A DNA stretch of 37,157 nucleotides, from NCBI GenBank assembly GCA_964617175.1, contig CAZTVT010000002.1:1-37157 (forward strand), given 5' to 3'. Positions within the stretch are counted from its first letter, which is position 1; each line of letters starts with the position of its first letter. The DNA is from an uncultured Clostridium sp. (GTDB lineage: Bacteria; Bacillota; Clostridia; TANB77; CAG-465). The translations under genes were made by a program, and so were the position numbers. This document shows, one piece after another, positions 1-10,027 of the stretch. The notes beneath the pieces were generated by a model, which made no database searches, was not told the DNA's origin, and saw only the letters and a list, made by a program, of their open reading frames with translations.

Positions 1-229
1 CTGGTTTATGTCCTGCGCTTGTCGTTGGTAATTTACTTACATCTACATAATCTGACGCTATTATATACACATTTTTTCCATCTGAATGGAATATCTTCCA
101 ATCGGTTACTCCATTTGCTATATAATTTGTTATACTTTTTCCATAATACTCTGTTGGATTTTCATATACTTTCTCGGCTGCTGTTTTTGTTTCTATAGAC
201 ATCATTAATCTTCTTCTAAAATTAGACAT
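1..229 (-). CDS. Hypothetical phage protein, N-terminal part only (gene runs off the left edge)
   Basis: ATG at 229 overlaps the stop of the upstream fibre gene by 8 nt. The frame is open to position 1 (MSNFRRRLMMSIETKTAAEKVYENPTEYYGK...). Position is after the tail-fibre genes. Confidence 0.5.
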   Translation of the reverse strand, partial: MSNFRRRLMMSIETKTAAEKVYENPTEYYGKSITNYIANGVTDWKIFHSDGKNVYIIASDYVDVSKLPTTSAGHKP

Positions 230-1271
230 TTGCAACACCTACCAATATTCCAATATTGTTTACAATACTACATTGATAAATTTTATTAGATTCTATAGTC
301 GGTGTTTCTAGCCATTTTATCGTATCTGGTAAAGTAAGAGTTGTTGCAGTAGTACCTGATACAAACTCAAACATAAACTCATTAAGTTGTGTTGTATCTG
401 TTATTTCTGCTAATGTTAGGTTTAATTCTGTTACTTCTCCAAATTTATAAAATTTATTTGGTTGTATTTCTAGTGTAGTTGTTGTACTTTCTACTACTTC
501 TACAGAATAGTTTTTACCGTCTTTACCATTTATTCCATCAGCACCATCTCGACCATCACTACCATTAGTCCCATTAGTTCCATCTTTTCCATCATTACCA
601 TCATGTATTGTTACTGTTGATGTTCCATTTTTATCAGTTATGTTTAGTGTTGTTATTTTTCCATTTTTTGAAGAAACTATAATTGGGCTAAATCCATCTG
701 TACCATTAGTTCCATTTTTGCCATCCTTACCATTAGTGCCGTTAATTCCGTCTTTTCCATCAGCTCCATCTTTACCGTCTACACCATCTTTTCCTGATAT
801 TCCCTGAGGACCTTGAGGTCCTCTATAGTAATCATTTGCAACTTTTTCTTCTAAATCTTGACTTATTGCATTTGCTCTTTTTGTTGCTTCATCTATTTTT
901 ACAATTAATTTATCTAATATTGGTATTTCTTCTTCTGATATTTCCTTATCTACATTAAAACTTGAGTTAAAAATTAATGTTTTTACTTCTGTTTTTATTA
1001 CTTCGTATTCAGTTTCTGATATTTGCTTTTTAAATTCTATATAAAAAAATACTCTATCATACTTTGTTATATTATTTTTTAATGTATAAGTATCTCCATC
1101 TAATATATCAAAAAAATTACCTTCTGGTGTTCTAAAATTTATTGTTTTAGTATAATCTTTCAAATTTTCCGGAAATACAAACTCAAGTAATTCAGCTCTG
1201 TTTTCGTTATTATATCCAGCAAATTTATTGTCTAATGATAGCATTCTATTTGATATTAATTTGAATTTCAT
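222..1271 (-). CDS. Collagen-like repeat tail fibre protein
   Basis: 349-aa ORF with two Gly-X-Y blocks (GPQGPQGISGKDGVDGKDGADGKDGINGTNGKDGKNGTNGTDG and GNDGKDGTNGTNGSDGRDGADGINGKDGK). It lies at the distal end of the tail module. Confidence 0.8.
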   Translation of the reverse strand: MKFKLISNRMLSLDNKFAGYNNENRAELLEFVFPENLKDYTKTINFRTPEGNFFDILDGDTYTLKNNITKYDRVFFYIEFKKQISETEYEVIKTEVKTLIFNSSFNVDKEISEEEIPILDKLIVKIDEATKRANAISQDLEEKVANDYYRGPQGPQGISGKDGVDGKDGADGKDGINGTNGKDGKNGTNGTDGFSPIIVSSKNGKITTLNITDKNGTSTVTIHDGNDGKDGTNGTNGSDGRDGADGINGKDGKNYSVEVVESTTTTLEIQPNKFYKFGEVTELNLTLAEITDTTQLNEFMFEFVSGTTATTLTLPDTIKWLETPTIESNKIYQCSIVNNIGILVGVANV

Positions 1272-1288
1272 TTATGATTTCACACCTC

Positions 1289-1858
1289 CTAGTTTTTTGT
1301 GTAGTAAATCTTAAATTCTAGAGTATAGTCTGCCCATGATATAGTATTACAAAAAATTTCTATTGCATTTTCTGTTGTATTATTACTTTTATGATAATTT
1401 ATAGATAAACAATTGGATGGATTAGAAGATGGTAAAATAGCTGTTGCTCCATTTGGATGAATTGCTGTTCCTCTTATATCAATTACTCTAACATTTGAAA
1501 GCCCAGAAATAGCTGTTTTAATATACTCATCCTTTTTAGTAGCTGTTTCTCCATTTAATTGAATTTTCATTATATAAACACGTTTTCCATCTTCATAATA
1601 ATTAGTAGCAACTTCTTGTCCTGTTACTATATTTGTTTTTAATTTATTATCTACAGCTACTGCACTATATACATTATCTGTAGTTGCATCTTTTATAGAT
1701 TGTATTATTTGAATATCAGAGCCACCACCAGCTTGACCAGTTCCTACTTTACTTGCTTTTATTTTCTTATTTTCTCCATTTTGTATAATCATTAATAAAT
1801 CATTTTCATTTGCTTCCGTAGCTTCTGTTAACTCACTTATTTTTATATTACTCATCAC
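1289..1858 (-). CDS. Tail fibre / host-recognition associated structural protein (hypothetical)
   Basis: 189-aa ORF in the fibre cluster. The N-terminus ISELTEATEANENDLLMIIQNGENKKI resembles the N-terminal pattern I recall from Firmicute phage fibre proteins. Confidence 0.5.
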   Translation of the reverse strand: MMSNIKISELTEATEANENDLLMIIQNGENKKIKASKVGTGQAGGGSDIQIIQSIKDATTDNVYSAVAVDNKLKTNIVTGQEVATNYYEDGKRVYIMKIQLNGETATKKDEYIKTAISGLSNVRVIDIRGTAIHPNGATAILPSSNPSNCLSINYHKSNNTTENAIEIFCNTISWADYTLEFKIYYTKN

Positions 1859-2042
1859 TTATCCCCCATTCTGTAACAACATTTTCACCATTTTCTGTAA
1901 TTAACTCTATATTATTTTCAGTAATAAATTTCTTTTGCAATAAATATGGGCTATCTACTTTTACTTTCAACTTAAATTCTTGATTTACATATACTTTGCT
2001 AGGCTCTACTATAATCTCAGATATTCTTAACATTAGATACAC
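1848..2042 (-). CDS. Hypothetical small tail-module protein
   Basis: 64-aa ORF whose ends overlap both neighbours (operon packing). Confidence 0.45.
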   Translation of the reverse strand: MYLMLRISEIIVEPSKVYVNQEFKLKVKVDSPYLLQKKFITENNIELITENGENVVTEWGISDE

Positions 2043-3106
2043 CTCATTACTTTACCCTTGCGTTTAATCCATACAACGGCTTTTTTTACAATACCATCTA
2101 CTTTTATAAAAACTTTAGCTTGTTTTATAATATCTTCATTCTTTATATAAGCCGTTTTTATGTTTCCAGTTGCTTGTATTTTTATTTCAACATAGTTTAA
2201 ATATGTTTTACTATTTTGTGTTGTTCTTATATAAAGTCTAGCAGTATATGAATTAGAGTTTTTTAGTTGTTTATATAGTTCTTTCATTTCACTTTCTATA
2301 ATATTGTATATCCCATTATTGTCATATTCTTTATAATTAACAATTGCAGTATTGCCATCAACTTTAAAAATTCCAGCCTCAACTTTTGCGTTAGCTGGAT
2401 TACTATATTTCATATTTAAATTATTTCCAATTTTTAGTATAGAATCATAAGTGCTTATTTTAGCTATATCATGAGTAGTTATACTAATATTACTTGATTC
2501 TGTCCAAAGTCCGCTATCAGCTCTTCTTATACGTGTTCTTATATAATAAGTAGTATTTGGATTTAAATTACTTATAACATATGTATTTCCGCCGTTACAA
2601 TCTTGCCATGCTCCACCATTAATACTATGTTGCCATGCATTTATACTACTATCTGCTTCCCAATGAATTGAAACAGTATTAATACTCTTTGCACTTGCAT
2701 AATGTTGCGTAAAATTAGCATAACGTGGTATATATGATAAATCCATCCAGCCACCACAACTCATATTTCCAGGAGTATATGAAGCACTTGAACTTTGGCT
2801 ATAACTTGCACTACAATATATTGATTTGCTACCGTCTGCATTGTGCCATACATTTTTATCACCACTTGCAATAGTTATAGCACCACCTGCACTAAGAGAT
2901 TTTTGAGAATACGCATTATAAACTTCACCGTCAACATTTACAACAATTGTACTTCCTATTGCACTAAAACTATAATTACCTGTCGCTCTTAATATAACTT
3001 CCCAATGTACACTACTATAATTTTCGGCACTTGTCCAGTTTTCCCATACATTAAGCTCTAATCTATAATTTCCGTTTATACTACCTGTTGCACTCCAACT
3101 CGCCAT
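2033..3106 (-). CDS. Baseplate/receptor-binding type structural protein (DUF859-like N-terminal domain plus fibronectin type III-like domain)
   Basis: 357 aa. The N-terminal pattern (NGNYRLELNVWENWTSAENYSSVHWEVIL...VWHNADGSKSIY) resembles the siphovirus DUF859 family. The central stretch VSIHWEADS...NLNPNTTYYIRTRIRRADSGLWTESS is FN3-like. Confidence 0.6.
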   Translation of the reverse strand: MASWSATGSINGNYRLELNVWENWTSAENYSSVHWEVILRATGNYSFSAIGSTIVVNVDGEVYNAYSQKSLSAGGAITIASGDKNVWHNADGSKSIYCSASYSQSSSASYTPGNMSCGGWMDLSYIPRYANFTQHYASAKSINTVSIHWEADSSINAWQHSINGGAWQDCNGGNTYVISNLNPNTTYYIRTRIRRADSGLWTESSNISITTHDIAKISTYDSILKIGNNLNMKYSNPANAKVEAGIFKVDGNTAIVNYKEYDNNGIYNIIESEMKELYKQLKNSNSYTARLYIRTTQNSKTYLNYVEIKIQATGNIKTAYIKNEDIIKQAKVFIKVDGIVKKAVVWIKRKGKVMRCI

Positions 3107-3117
3107 ATACTCACCAC

Positions 3118-3744
3118 CTATTCATCAAAATATTGTAAATATATCTGACCTTCATTTAGATCACTTGCTGATGGAATATCAGCACCGTCTTTTATTTTGC
3201 TTGATAACATATAAGCACTTCCGTCTTCAACTTCAGATATTATTGTTCTTAATTCTTCTATTAATGCACCAGCATCATTATTTATTTTTCCGTATATGCT
3301 TTCAAAATTCAAAAAACTTCTAGTATCTTTAAATTCTGATATTCCTACTGCACTTGTTTTAAATTGTGCAAGCTCTATTTGATAAATATTTCCTGTTTCA
3401 AACACATCTTCTTGTGTTAACTTAGGATAAGCAGTAGTACTTTTTAAAACTTTAAATTTTACTTGTTCAAAATCACTTTCTGTATTTTCTTTGCTTAAAT
3501 CTAGCTCACAAATTAATTTACAATAAGCATCATTTGCACTTACCTCTACTGTTTCATCTCCAACAACCTCAATAAAACCGCCTCTAATACAGATGTATCC
3601 CTGATTAACAGTTATACTATTACTCGTATTACTTAAATTGCAGCCTTGAATTATTCCAGAATTTCCATCCAAAAAAGTATCTATAAAAAGTCTAAAAACT
3701 TTATTAGCAAAAACTTGTTCACTATATGTATGACCTCTTAGCAT
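3118..3744 (-). CDS. Hypothetical baseplate/tail protein
   Basis: 208-aa ORF between the Tal-like and DUF859-like genes. Its start abuts the upstream stop. Confidence 0.5.
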   Translation of the reverse strand: MLRGHTYSEQVFANKVFRLFIDTFLDGNSGIIQGCNLSNTSNSITVNQGYICIRGGFIEVVGDETVEVSANDAYCKLICELDLSKENTESDFEQVKFKVLKSTTAYPKLTQEDVFETGNIYQIELAQFKTSAVGISEFKDTRSFLNFESIYGKINNDAGALIEELRTIISEVEDGSAYMLSSKIKDGADIPSASDLNEGQIYLQYFDE

Positions 3745-4991
3745 TATTTCTTCATCTCCTTTTTTAATTTATCTATAAAATCAATCCTCATATTTCCTGT
3801 TGTATACTTTATAAAAGCACCACCAGTATCTTCTATTGCAGAAATATAAGTATTTAAAATCAAATTATTATTAGTTTTAATACTTATCTTTGTTCCAATT
3901 TTCATATTTTGAATATCAAATAGTTTAGTATCTCTTTTCAAATTAAATGTAATCATATGTTTATATCTATTGGATTTAAATATATCTAAAGCCGTTTGCT
4001 TTGCATCGTCTACTTTTGCCGTATAAACAGTTTCAACAATTCCATCTGCTCTGTTTTCATCATCTTTGTTATCTGTAGTTGTTCTATCAGATAATAAATA
4101 CCAGCTATGTTCACTTTTATCCTCACAAAGAACCGTTACTTTAGCGGTTACATCTTTTTCAAACATTTCTGTGTAATTTGATACATCGCTCAATGTTGCA
4201 TCGATTTTTCTTTCTTGTTCTTCTTGTTTATAAATTGATAACTTTAATCTTTTATTTTCATACTTGAAATCTAAAGCTATATCATAATTTTGAGTACAAT
4301 TTGTAACAAATGTATGAAAATTGTATATACCGTTTTCATTATCAATTGCTTTTTGTATTTTTGTATGTGTTAATATTTCAACATCTAAAAAATCTAAATT
4401 AAGTAACTGATCATCACTTTGTGTAAATTGATTTTGTATAGTATATAAAATAAAGTCTTCAATACCTTTCTCGGATATTAAAGACTCATTTTTTAATATT
4501 ATTTTTCTATCAAAAATGTTAGATATATATTTACAAGTTATACTCTGTTTAATTTCCCCATTTTCATTTACAATATCATCTACTATTCCTATATAATCAA
4601 TGCTATTATTCCTTTTAATAAATGCAAAATCTTTATTTGATATGTTATTCTTTTTCATAATATCGAACGTTGTTTTAGCATTTGTTTCTTCATCTATGTT
4701 TATATTATAATTCTCATATTTAACTATATCTTTTATTTTAAAAGTTTTCCTATCTAAAAAGTACACTAATTGTTCTTTTAATATGATTTTTTCATATTGT
4801 TTTTTTAGTATTTGTATTTTCTTTGTTTCATAGAGTGTATCACCATAAGGTTCTGTCGCTTCAATATTAAGAATTTTTACTCCACCTATTTCGCCAGATG
4901 GTAATTCACCTTCAAAGAATCCTGAATCTTTATTATATGTAAGTATATACTCTACATCTTCAAAATTAACTTTAACTCTAACTTCATCCAT
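3744..4991 (-). CDS. Tail-associated protein (Tal-like, no obvious lytic domain)
   Basis: 415-aa ORF directly after the Dit gene. The call rests on position and size in the siphovirus tail-tip module. Confidence 0.6.
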   Translation of the reverse strand: MDEVRVKVNFEDVEYILTYNKDSGFFEGELPSGEIGGVKILNIEATEPYGDTLYETKKIQILKKQYEKIILKEQLVYFLDRKTFKIKDIVKYENYNINIDEETNAKTTFDIMKKNNISNKDFAFIKRNNSIDYIGIVDDIVNENGEIKQSITCKYISNIFDRKIILKNESLISEKGIEDFILYTIQNQFTQSDDQLLNLDFLDVEILTHTKIQKAIDNENGIYNFHTFVTNCTQNYDIALDFKYENKRLKLSIYKQEEQERKIDATLSDVSNYTEMFEKDVTAKVTVLCEDKSEHSWYLLSDRTTTDNKDDENRADGIVETVYTAKVDDAKQTALDIFKSNRYKHMITFNLKRDTKLFDIQNMKIGTKISIKTNNNLILNTYISAIEDTGGAFIKYTTGNMRIDFIDKLKKEMKK

Positions 4992-4992
4992 T

Positions 4993-5841
4993 TTACACCG
5001 CCTTATATTCTACAAAAATTGTTAATTTTGCATCTGTTATTTCACTATCCGCAGATAATCTTATTTCAGATACACCTTGTGGAATTTTTATAAAGTTGTA
5101 TTTTGCTAAGTCTAAATCATCAAAAATATTTGTTAAAGTTCCATCTTGATTTTCTTTATAAACATATAATTCATCATCTTTAGTAGAATATAATATTTTC
5201 TCATATTCTTCTAATGTCATATTAAAATTAATTTCTGCTATTTTGTTTTTATTAGAATATATAGTTAAGCAAGGATTTATAACATAACCTCCTATTTCAA
5301 GTTTTATAGGAGCTTCTACATGTCCATTATTTTCAAAAGTAAAGCTTCTATTGTCATAACTTTTAAACCTACTATCCCATTTAAAATCCCACCTAATTTC
5401 ACCCGTGTTTTTTGCCATATCATATACTGTTTCTGTTTCTTCATACCAAAGACTTTTACAATTAAAATTAATAGGAATATGTAAGAAACCATCTGTGCTT
5501 TTTTCTCCTTTTTCAACACTAGACACTTCAACAATTTTATAATATTTTGTGGTATTTTTATTAATAAATGGTATTTCATATACAAATTTTAAACTTTTTG
5601 CTTGCTCAATATAATCTACCATATTTTTATAATTATCATAATTTCTAAATATTGCCTCACCTAATATATTGCCTTGTTGCAACTTTCTTATATTAGTTAT
5701 AAAGTTATTCCCTACCTGTTCATAACTAGTATCATAAGCATATCCCAGCCCTGATGGAGAACTTAAAAAGCAATAATTGTCTCTATCCATCAAATCATAT
5801 TTTTGCCCTTTTTCATTTTCTAAATAAAATTTTCTTACCAT
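4993..5841 (-). CDS. Distal tail protein (Dit; siphovirus tail component family)
   Basis: 282 aa, the first tail-tip gene after the tape-measure region. The pattern FENNGHVEAPIKLEIGGYVINPCLTI is typical of Sipho_tail proteins. Confidence 0.7.
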   Translation of the reverse strand: MVRKFYLENEKGQKYDLMDRDNYCFLSSPSGLGYAYDTSYEQVGNNFITNIRKLQQGNILGEAIFRNYDNYKNMVDYIEQAKSLKFVYEIPFINKNTTKYYKIVEVSSVEKGEKSTDGFLHIPINFNCKSLWYEETETVYDMAKNTGEIRWDFKWDSRFKSYDNRSFTFENNGHVEAPIKLEIGGYVINPCLTIYSNKNKIAEINFNMTLEEYEKILYSTKDDELYVYKENQDGTLTNIFDDLDLAKYNFIKIPQGVSEIRLSADSEITDAKLTIFVEYKAV

Positions 5842-5862
5842 GTTTCACCTCCAAAATAGCAT

Positions 5863-5895
5863 TAAAAAAAGAGCTAAACTTTAATGTTTAACTCT
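5863..5895 (-). terminator. Intrinsic terminator after the Ltp-like gene
   Basis: Minus-sense 10-bp hairpin AGAGUUAAAC / GUUUAGCUCU (one G.U pair, 6-nt loop) followed by U7. Confidence 0.7.
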
Positions 5896-5910
5896 CTAAC
5901 TTATATATTT

Positions 5911-6684
5911 TTATTCTAAATTGTCTATAGCATATTGCGCTTCTTCTTTGGTAAATTGTTCACCATACTCAGATATTAATTGATCATATATTGCATTTTT
6001 TGACATACTCATTGTACTTTGATAAGATTTTGCTTTTGCTAACGCATTAGCATTCCAATCGGCTTTCATATTATCTATTGCGTATTGTGCAGCTTCAGCT
6101 GAAAATTGTTCACCATATTCAGATACCAATTGGTCGTAAATACCTTTCTTAGACATATGCATTGTATTCGAATAAGATTCGGCTTTCTTTAATGCATTTT
6201 TTTCTTCAATAGACGGTTCTTTTCCTAATGAATAACTGATAATTATTTTATCTCCCTGATATATTTTTTTATTAGCTTCTACACTTTGTTTTATAAATTG
6301 TCCTTTTGCTATAACATTTGAATATTCTTCGTTGATACTACATTTTACATTATTTGAATTGCACCAATTTTGAATTTCTTCTTTTGCCATAGAGCTGAAA
6401 TCAACAACTGTGACCTCAACTTTTTTTGCAGATGCATTAGATGTTGAAAGGATGCTACTATTATTACTTGAACTTTTAGAAACAGTTGGTTTATTACTTG
6501 AACTTGTAGGAACAGTTGGTTTATTACTTAAACTAATTATAAAGGACCAAAACAATATAAATCCTATAACACCTAAAATTATATTTCTAGTAACATGACT
6601 TTGCTTTTTTTTACAATTAGGACATATTTTTGCTTCCTTATTAATCTCACTTTGACAATACTTACATTTTTTATTTTCTACCAT
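5911..6684 (-). CDS. Membrane-anchored Ltp-family protein (zinc ribbon, TM helix, repeat linker, PASTA-like domain, two Ltp repeats); candidate superinfection-exclusion factor
   Basis: CKYCQSEI...CPNCKKK zinc ribbon, then TM helix IILGVIGFILFWSFIISL. Two tandem copies of the motif S(K)KxxIYDQLxSEYGEQFxxExAQYAIDN match the Ltp (host cell surface-exposed lipoprotein) repeat. Confidence 0.75.
   Translation of the reverse strand: MVENKKCKYCQSEINKEAKICPNCKKKQSHVTRNIILGVIGFILFWSFIISLSNKPTVPTSSSNKPTVSKSSSNNSSILSTSNASAKKVEVTVVDFSSMAKEEIQNWCNSNNVKCSINEEYSNVIAKGQFIKQSVEANKKIYQGDKIIISYSLGKEPSIEEKNALKKAESYSNTMHMSKKGIYDQLVSEYGEQFSAEAAQYAIDNMKADWNANALAKAKSYQSTMSMSKNAIYDQLISEYGEQFTKEEAQYAIDNLE
6461..6533. 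repeat. 30-nt tandem repeat (2.4 copies) inside the Ltp-like gene
   Basis: 6461-6490 ttattacttgaacttttagaaacagttggt; 6491-6520 ttattacttgaacttgtaggaacagttggt; partial third copy 6521-6533. It encodes the SSSNKPTV(P/S)x linker. Confidence 0.9.
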
Positions 6685-6769
6685 AAAAACAACTCCTTTA
6701 CAAAATATATTTTAAATATAACATATTTTGTCACAAGATGTTGTCGAAATTTGTCAATGAATTAATTTA

Positions 6770-9739
6770 TTATATTTGCATACCAAATCTTCTATTTACT
6801 GTATCTATTATTCTATTCATTTCATTATTATCTAAATGTTGTGTATTTATAACTATATTAGGTTGTAAAATTTTAGGTTGTAATTGTGTGCTTATTGTTT
6901 GTGATATACTATTTTGCAATTTAGGAATATTCTGCAAGGAGTTAAAGTTTAAACTCATTGTTCCATTAAACTTATTCATAAGTTCTTGACCAAATTTAAG
7001 CATATTATTTATAGTATTTGATTTTTCTTTATTAATTCCTTTTGGTATACCTTTTAGCAAATTAATAGCTGCTTTTTCTGTTTCTTTAGATGGTGAATGT
7101 TCATCCCATGCTTGTTGTCTTATTGCATTTAGTCCCTCTACACCGAAACTATGCATACTACTTAAAGCTTCTTGTCTTAATAATCTATTGTTTATACCCT
7201 TAGAAACACCCCTTATCCAATTTTTACCAGCTTCTTCAAATTTTGATGATATATTTAACTGACTTACTGCTTCTTCACCTAAATACTTAACTGCATCTTT
7301 TACGCTAATATCATTTCTAAGTGCAGCCGTTATCTCATTAATTTTATCTTGCATAGTTTTTGGCATTGTCGAAATGGCTCTTTCATATTCTTCTCTTGAA
7401 CCCTGTGCTAAATTTATCCATGCCTCTTTTACATCTGGTGCCATTTCATCTGTAGTTGATGTCATTGAAATTAATTCATCAACAAGTAATCTAAGATTTT
7501 TTTTAGATGCTTCTAAATTTGTGGCATAAGTAGAATCTTTTATGTCTTTATTATATTTTGATTCAACATTATATAATCTTATTGCTTCATTATTTGAGTT
7601 AACCAGTATTTTCATTCTTTTGTTAATTTCTGTACTAGTTGTATTTGTTATATTAGTTTGAGATGTTACAACACTTTCTTCAATTTTTTTATAACTTTCT
7701 TCTGTTCCTTCAATCATTAATTCAGAATTTTTTTCAAATTTAACTAAAGCCTCACTATACTTTTGTAATTGTGACTTTTGCTCTTTATATAAGCTAGAAA
7801 GTTGTTCTACTTGGTCTTTATATTCTTTTAATTTCAACTCGCCTTCAATTATACTATATTTCGAACCCACAAAACCTTTTTTATAATCTTCATTTAATTC
7901 ATTATAATTCTTAATAGCTTCGCTTAATTTATCTTGCGTTTTTATATAATCTTTAGTAGCCTGTGTTTTATTTTTTATTGCTTCTTTATACTCTTCTTCG
8001 TTTGCTTCCAAAATAAGTTGAGCTTTCTTTTTATCAATTAATTTATCAATACTTAAACGCATATCATTATATGAAGTTATTATATCATTATTTAACTCAT
8101 ATTCTGTCCCTAAAGCATTATTTAGTTGATTTAATATAAATTTTACTCTTGATTCATAACCTTCTTTTACTTTCCCATTTGATTCAACCAAATTATTTAA
8201 TTCTGAATATAGCCTTTGTACATTTCCAATCTCAGCTAAGTTAGCACTTTGTTGTTCATTTATTATATCTATTGAATTTTTACGTGTATTTACAGAATCT
8301 TCTAAACTCTTTATAAAACTTTGTGTTTCTTTTGCTTCTTCTTTAACTTTTTGGCTAACTAATGAAATGCCAACTGCAAAACTACTTAAAGCTAAAGTAG
8401 CAACCCCAAAAGGGCTTATAAGTCCTTTTATCCCACTCGCTAACGAATTTACACTTGCACTAGTTGATTTTGTGCCTGTTTTTACAACAGCTATTGCTTG
8501 ACTAAATTGTCCTGTTGTTTTTATAACTGTACCTATAGCACTTCCAAGCTTACCAAATATTTTCAAAACAGGTCCAGCTGCTGCAACGAACAAACCTATT
8601 CTTATAATATTATCTAATGTTGCATCATCCATATCATCTAATTTGTCTATCCATTTATCTGCTTTATCTATCCATTTATCTACTATTGGTAACAACTTTG
8701 ATGATAGTTTACTTCCCATGTTTTCTAATTTAGAAGTTAATTTTTGTACTTTAGATGTAGTATTTACATTTACTTCATCTCCATACTTTTTAGTAGTCTG
8801 CTCTAATATACCAAACAATCTAATTTGTTGTTGTGTTTGAAAATCTAATTGATTCCAACTTTTATCTCCAGCAAATCTTTTAAAAGCATCTGTACTCTCT
8901 AGTAGCGAAACATTAACGTTTACTCCTAAATCTTCAATTGCTTCAGTATTTCCAAGCAAACCAGAACGTATCCTATCCATTACGTCTTCCATTGTTCTGC
9001 CTGTCGCTGAGGCGATTACAGATGATGCTTTAAGTAAATCTTGTGTATATTGTGCATTTTTAGTTTGATCATCAGTCATAGATTGTATTAAATTACCAAA
9101 AATTTGCGAATATTTATAGGCACTTTTTGAAGACATATTATAGCTTAATGCTGTATTATTAGCAAACTCTTTTATTGTATCAGAAGCTTCTCCATATATT
9201 TTTTCAACTTGTTGAATGGAAGCTTCCTGTTCCATAGCTGATTTTGTTCCTAATGTTCCTAATGCAATAATTGGTAATGAAAATCTAGTAGTAAATTTAC
9301 TGCCCAAATTATCAATTTTAGAACTTACTTTTACTATTTTATCTCCAAACTCTTCTACTTTTTTGCCATTTACATTCCAAGCATCTTGCTCTAATAGTAA
9401 TTTGTTTAATTTTATTTTTGTATTTTCTATATCTTTTTGTAAGGCCCTCCAATTTTCTTCTGAAATTTTTGCACCATTTTTCTCAGCTTCTATAGCTTGA
9501 GCGTATATATCTTTTAATTGATTCAATTTATTTTTTGTTGTTTCAATATTTTCGCTTAATACTGCTTGTTTTTGACTTAATAGTTCCGTGTTTTTTGGAT
9601 CAAGCTTAAGCAAACGATTAATTCCAGTTAATTCCTTGCTTAAACTCGATGTTGCAGAATTAACTTTACTTAACGCTTTTTGAAGACCACTTGTATCTCC
9701 GCCTATTTCTACTATTATTCCTTTTATGCTTCCTGCCAT
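6770..9739 (-). CDS. Tail tape measure protein
   Basis: 989 aa, the largest ORF, coiled-coil rich with a central hydrophobic segment. It lies downstream of the tail chaperone pair. Confidence 0.9.
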   Translation of the reverse strand: MAGSIKGIIVEIGGDTSGLQKALSKVNSATSSLSKELTGINRLLKLDPKNTELLSQKQAVLSENIETTKNKLNQLKDIYAQAIEAEKNGAKISEENWRALQKDIENTKIKLNKLLLEQDAWNVNGKKVEEFGDKIVKVSSKIDNLGSKFTTRFSLPIIALGTLGTKSAMEQEASIQQVEKIYGEASDTIKEFANNTALSYNMSSKSAYKYSQIFGNLIQSMTDDQTKNAQYTQDLLKASSVIASATGRTMEDVMDRIRSGLLGNTEAIEDLGVNVNVSLLESTDAFKRFAGDKSWNQLDFQTQQQIRLFGILEQTTKKYGDEVNVNTTSKVQKLTSKLENMGSKLSSKLLPIVDKWIDKADKWIDKLDDMDDATLDNIIRIGLFVAAAGPVLKIFGKLGSAIGTVIKTTGQFSQAIAVVKTGTKSTSASVNSLASGIKGLISPFGVATLALSSFAVGISLVSQKVKEEAKETQSFIKSLEDSVNTRKNSIDIINEQQSANLAEIGNVQRLYSELNNLVESNGKVKEGYESRVKFILNQLNNALGTEYELNNDIITSYNDMRLSIDKLIDKKKAQLILEANEEEYKEAIKNKTQATKDYIKTQDKLSEAIKNYNELNEDYKKGFVGSKYSIIEGELKLKEYKDQVEQLSSLYKEQKSQLQKYSEALVKFEKNSELMIEGTEESYKKIEESVVTSQTNITNTTSTEINKRMKILVNSNNEAIRLYNVESKYNKDIKDSTYATNLEASKKNLRLLVDELISMTSTTDEMAPDVKEAWINLAQGSREEYERAISTMPKTMQDKINEITAALRNDISVKDAVKYLGEEAVSQLNISSKFEEAGKNWIRGVSKGINNRLLRQEALSSMHSFGVEGLNAIRQQAWDEHSPSKETEKAAINLLKGIPKGINKEKSNTINNMLKFGQELMNKFNGTMSLNFNSLQNIPKLQNSISQTISTQLQPKILQPNIVINTQHLDNNEMNRIIDTVNRRFGMQI

Positions 9740-9762
9740 TTTTTCCTCCTAAAATAAACTCA

Positions 9763-9787
9763 ACAGACTAGATTTTCTCTAGCCTGT
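9763..9787 (-). other. mRNA hairpin with GAAAA pentaloop spanning the stop codon of the chaperone-extension ORF
   Basis: Minus-sense ACAGGCUAGA-GAAAA-UCUAGUCUGU, 10 bp with one G.U pair that exists only in the minus sense. Confidence 0.5.
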
Positions 9788-10027
9788 CAACATATTTATC
9801 TGCTCTTGAGTAGGTTTTTGTTCCTCACTCTTTTTATCAATGTAACTAATTAATATTTTCATTACATCCACATAAGTTAATTCTTTTAAATCATTAATAT
9901 TAAGTCCAATTTTAAGGGCAGAGGCAATAAAAGAATGCTCAGGAAAAATATCTTCACTATCTCCTGAACATTCTATTTTATCAAGTTCTTTTATTAATTC
10001 TTCATCAACAAAATTTCTCGACCGCAA
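9779..10027 (-). CDS. Tail assembly chaperone extension ORF (gpT-like; frameshift product or TTG-initiated)
   Basis: 82-aa ORF overlapping the 3' end of the upstream chaperone gene in the +1 frame. A GAGGT lies 8 nt before the TTG. Confidence 0.5.
   Translation of the reverse strand: MRSRNFVDEELIKELDKIECSGDSEDIFPEHSFIASALKIGLNINDLKELTYVDVMKILISYIDKKSEEQKPTQEQINMLTG

Noticed and set aside
500-820. Short periodic repeats (collagen triplets here, the 30-nt repeat at 6461-6533, the KWIDK duplication near 8640-8690) considered as a possible CRISPR or satellite array.
   Set aside because: All are in-frame coding repeats without unique spacers of constant length. There is no CRISPR array in the window.
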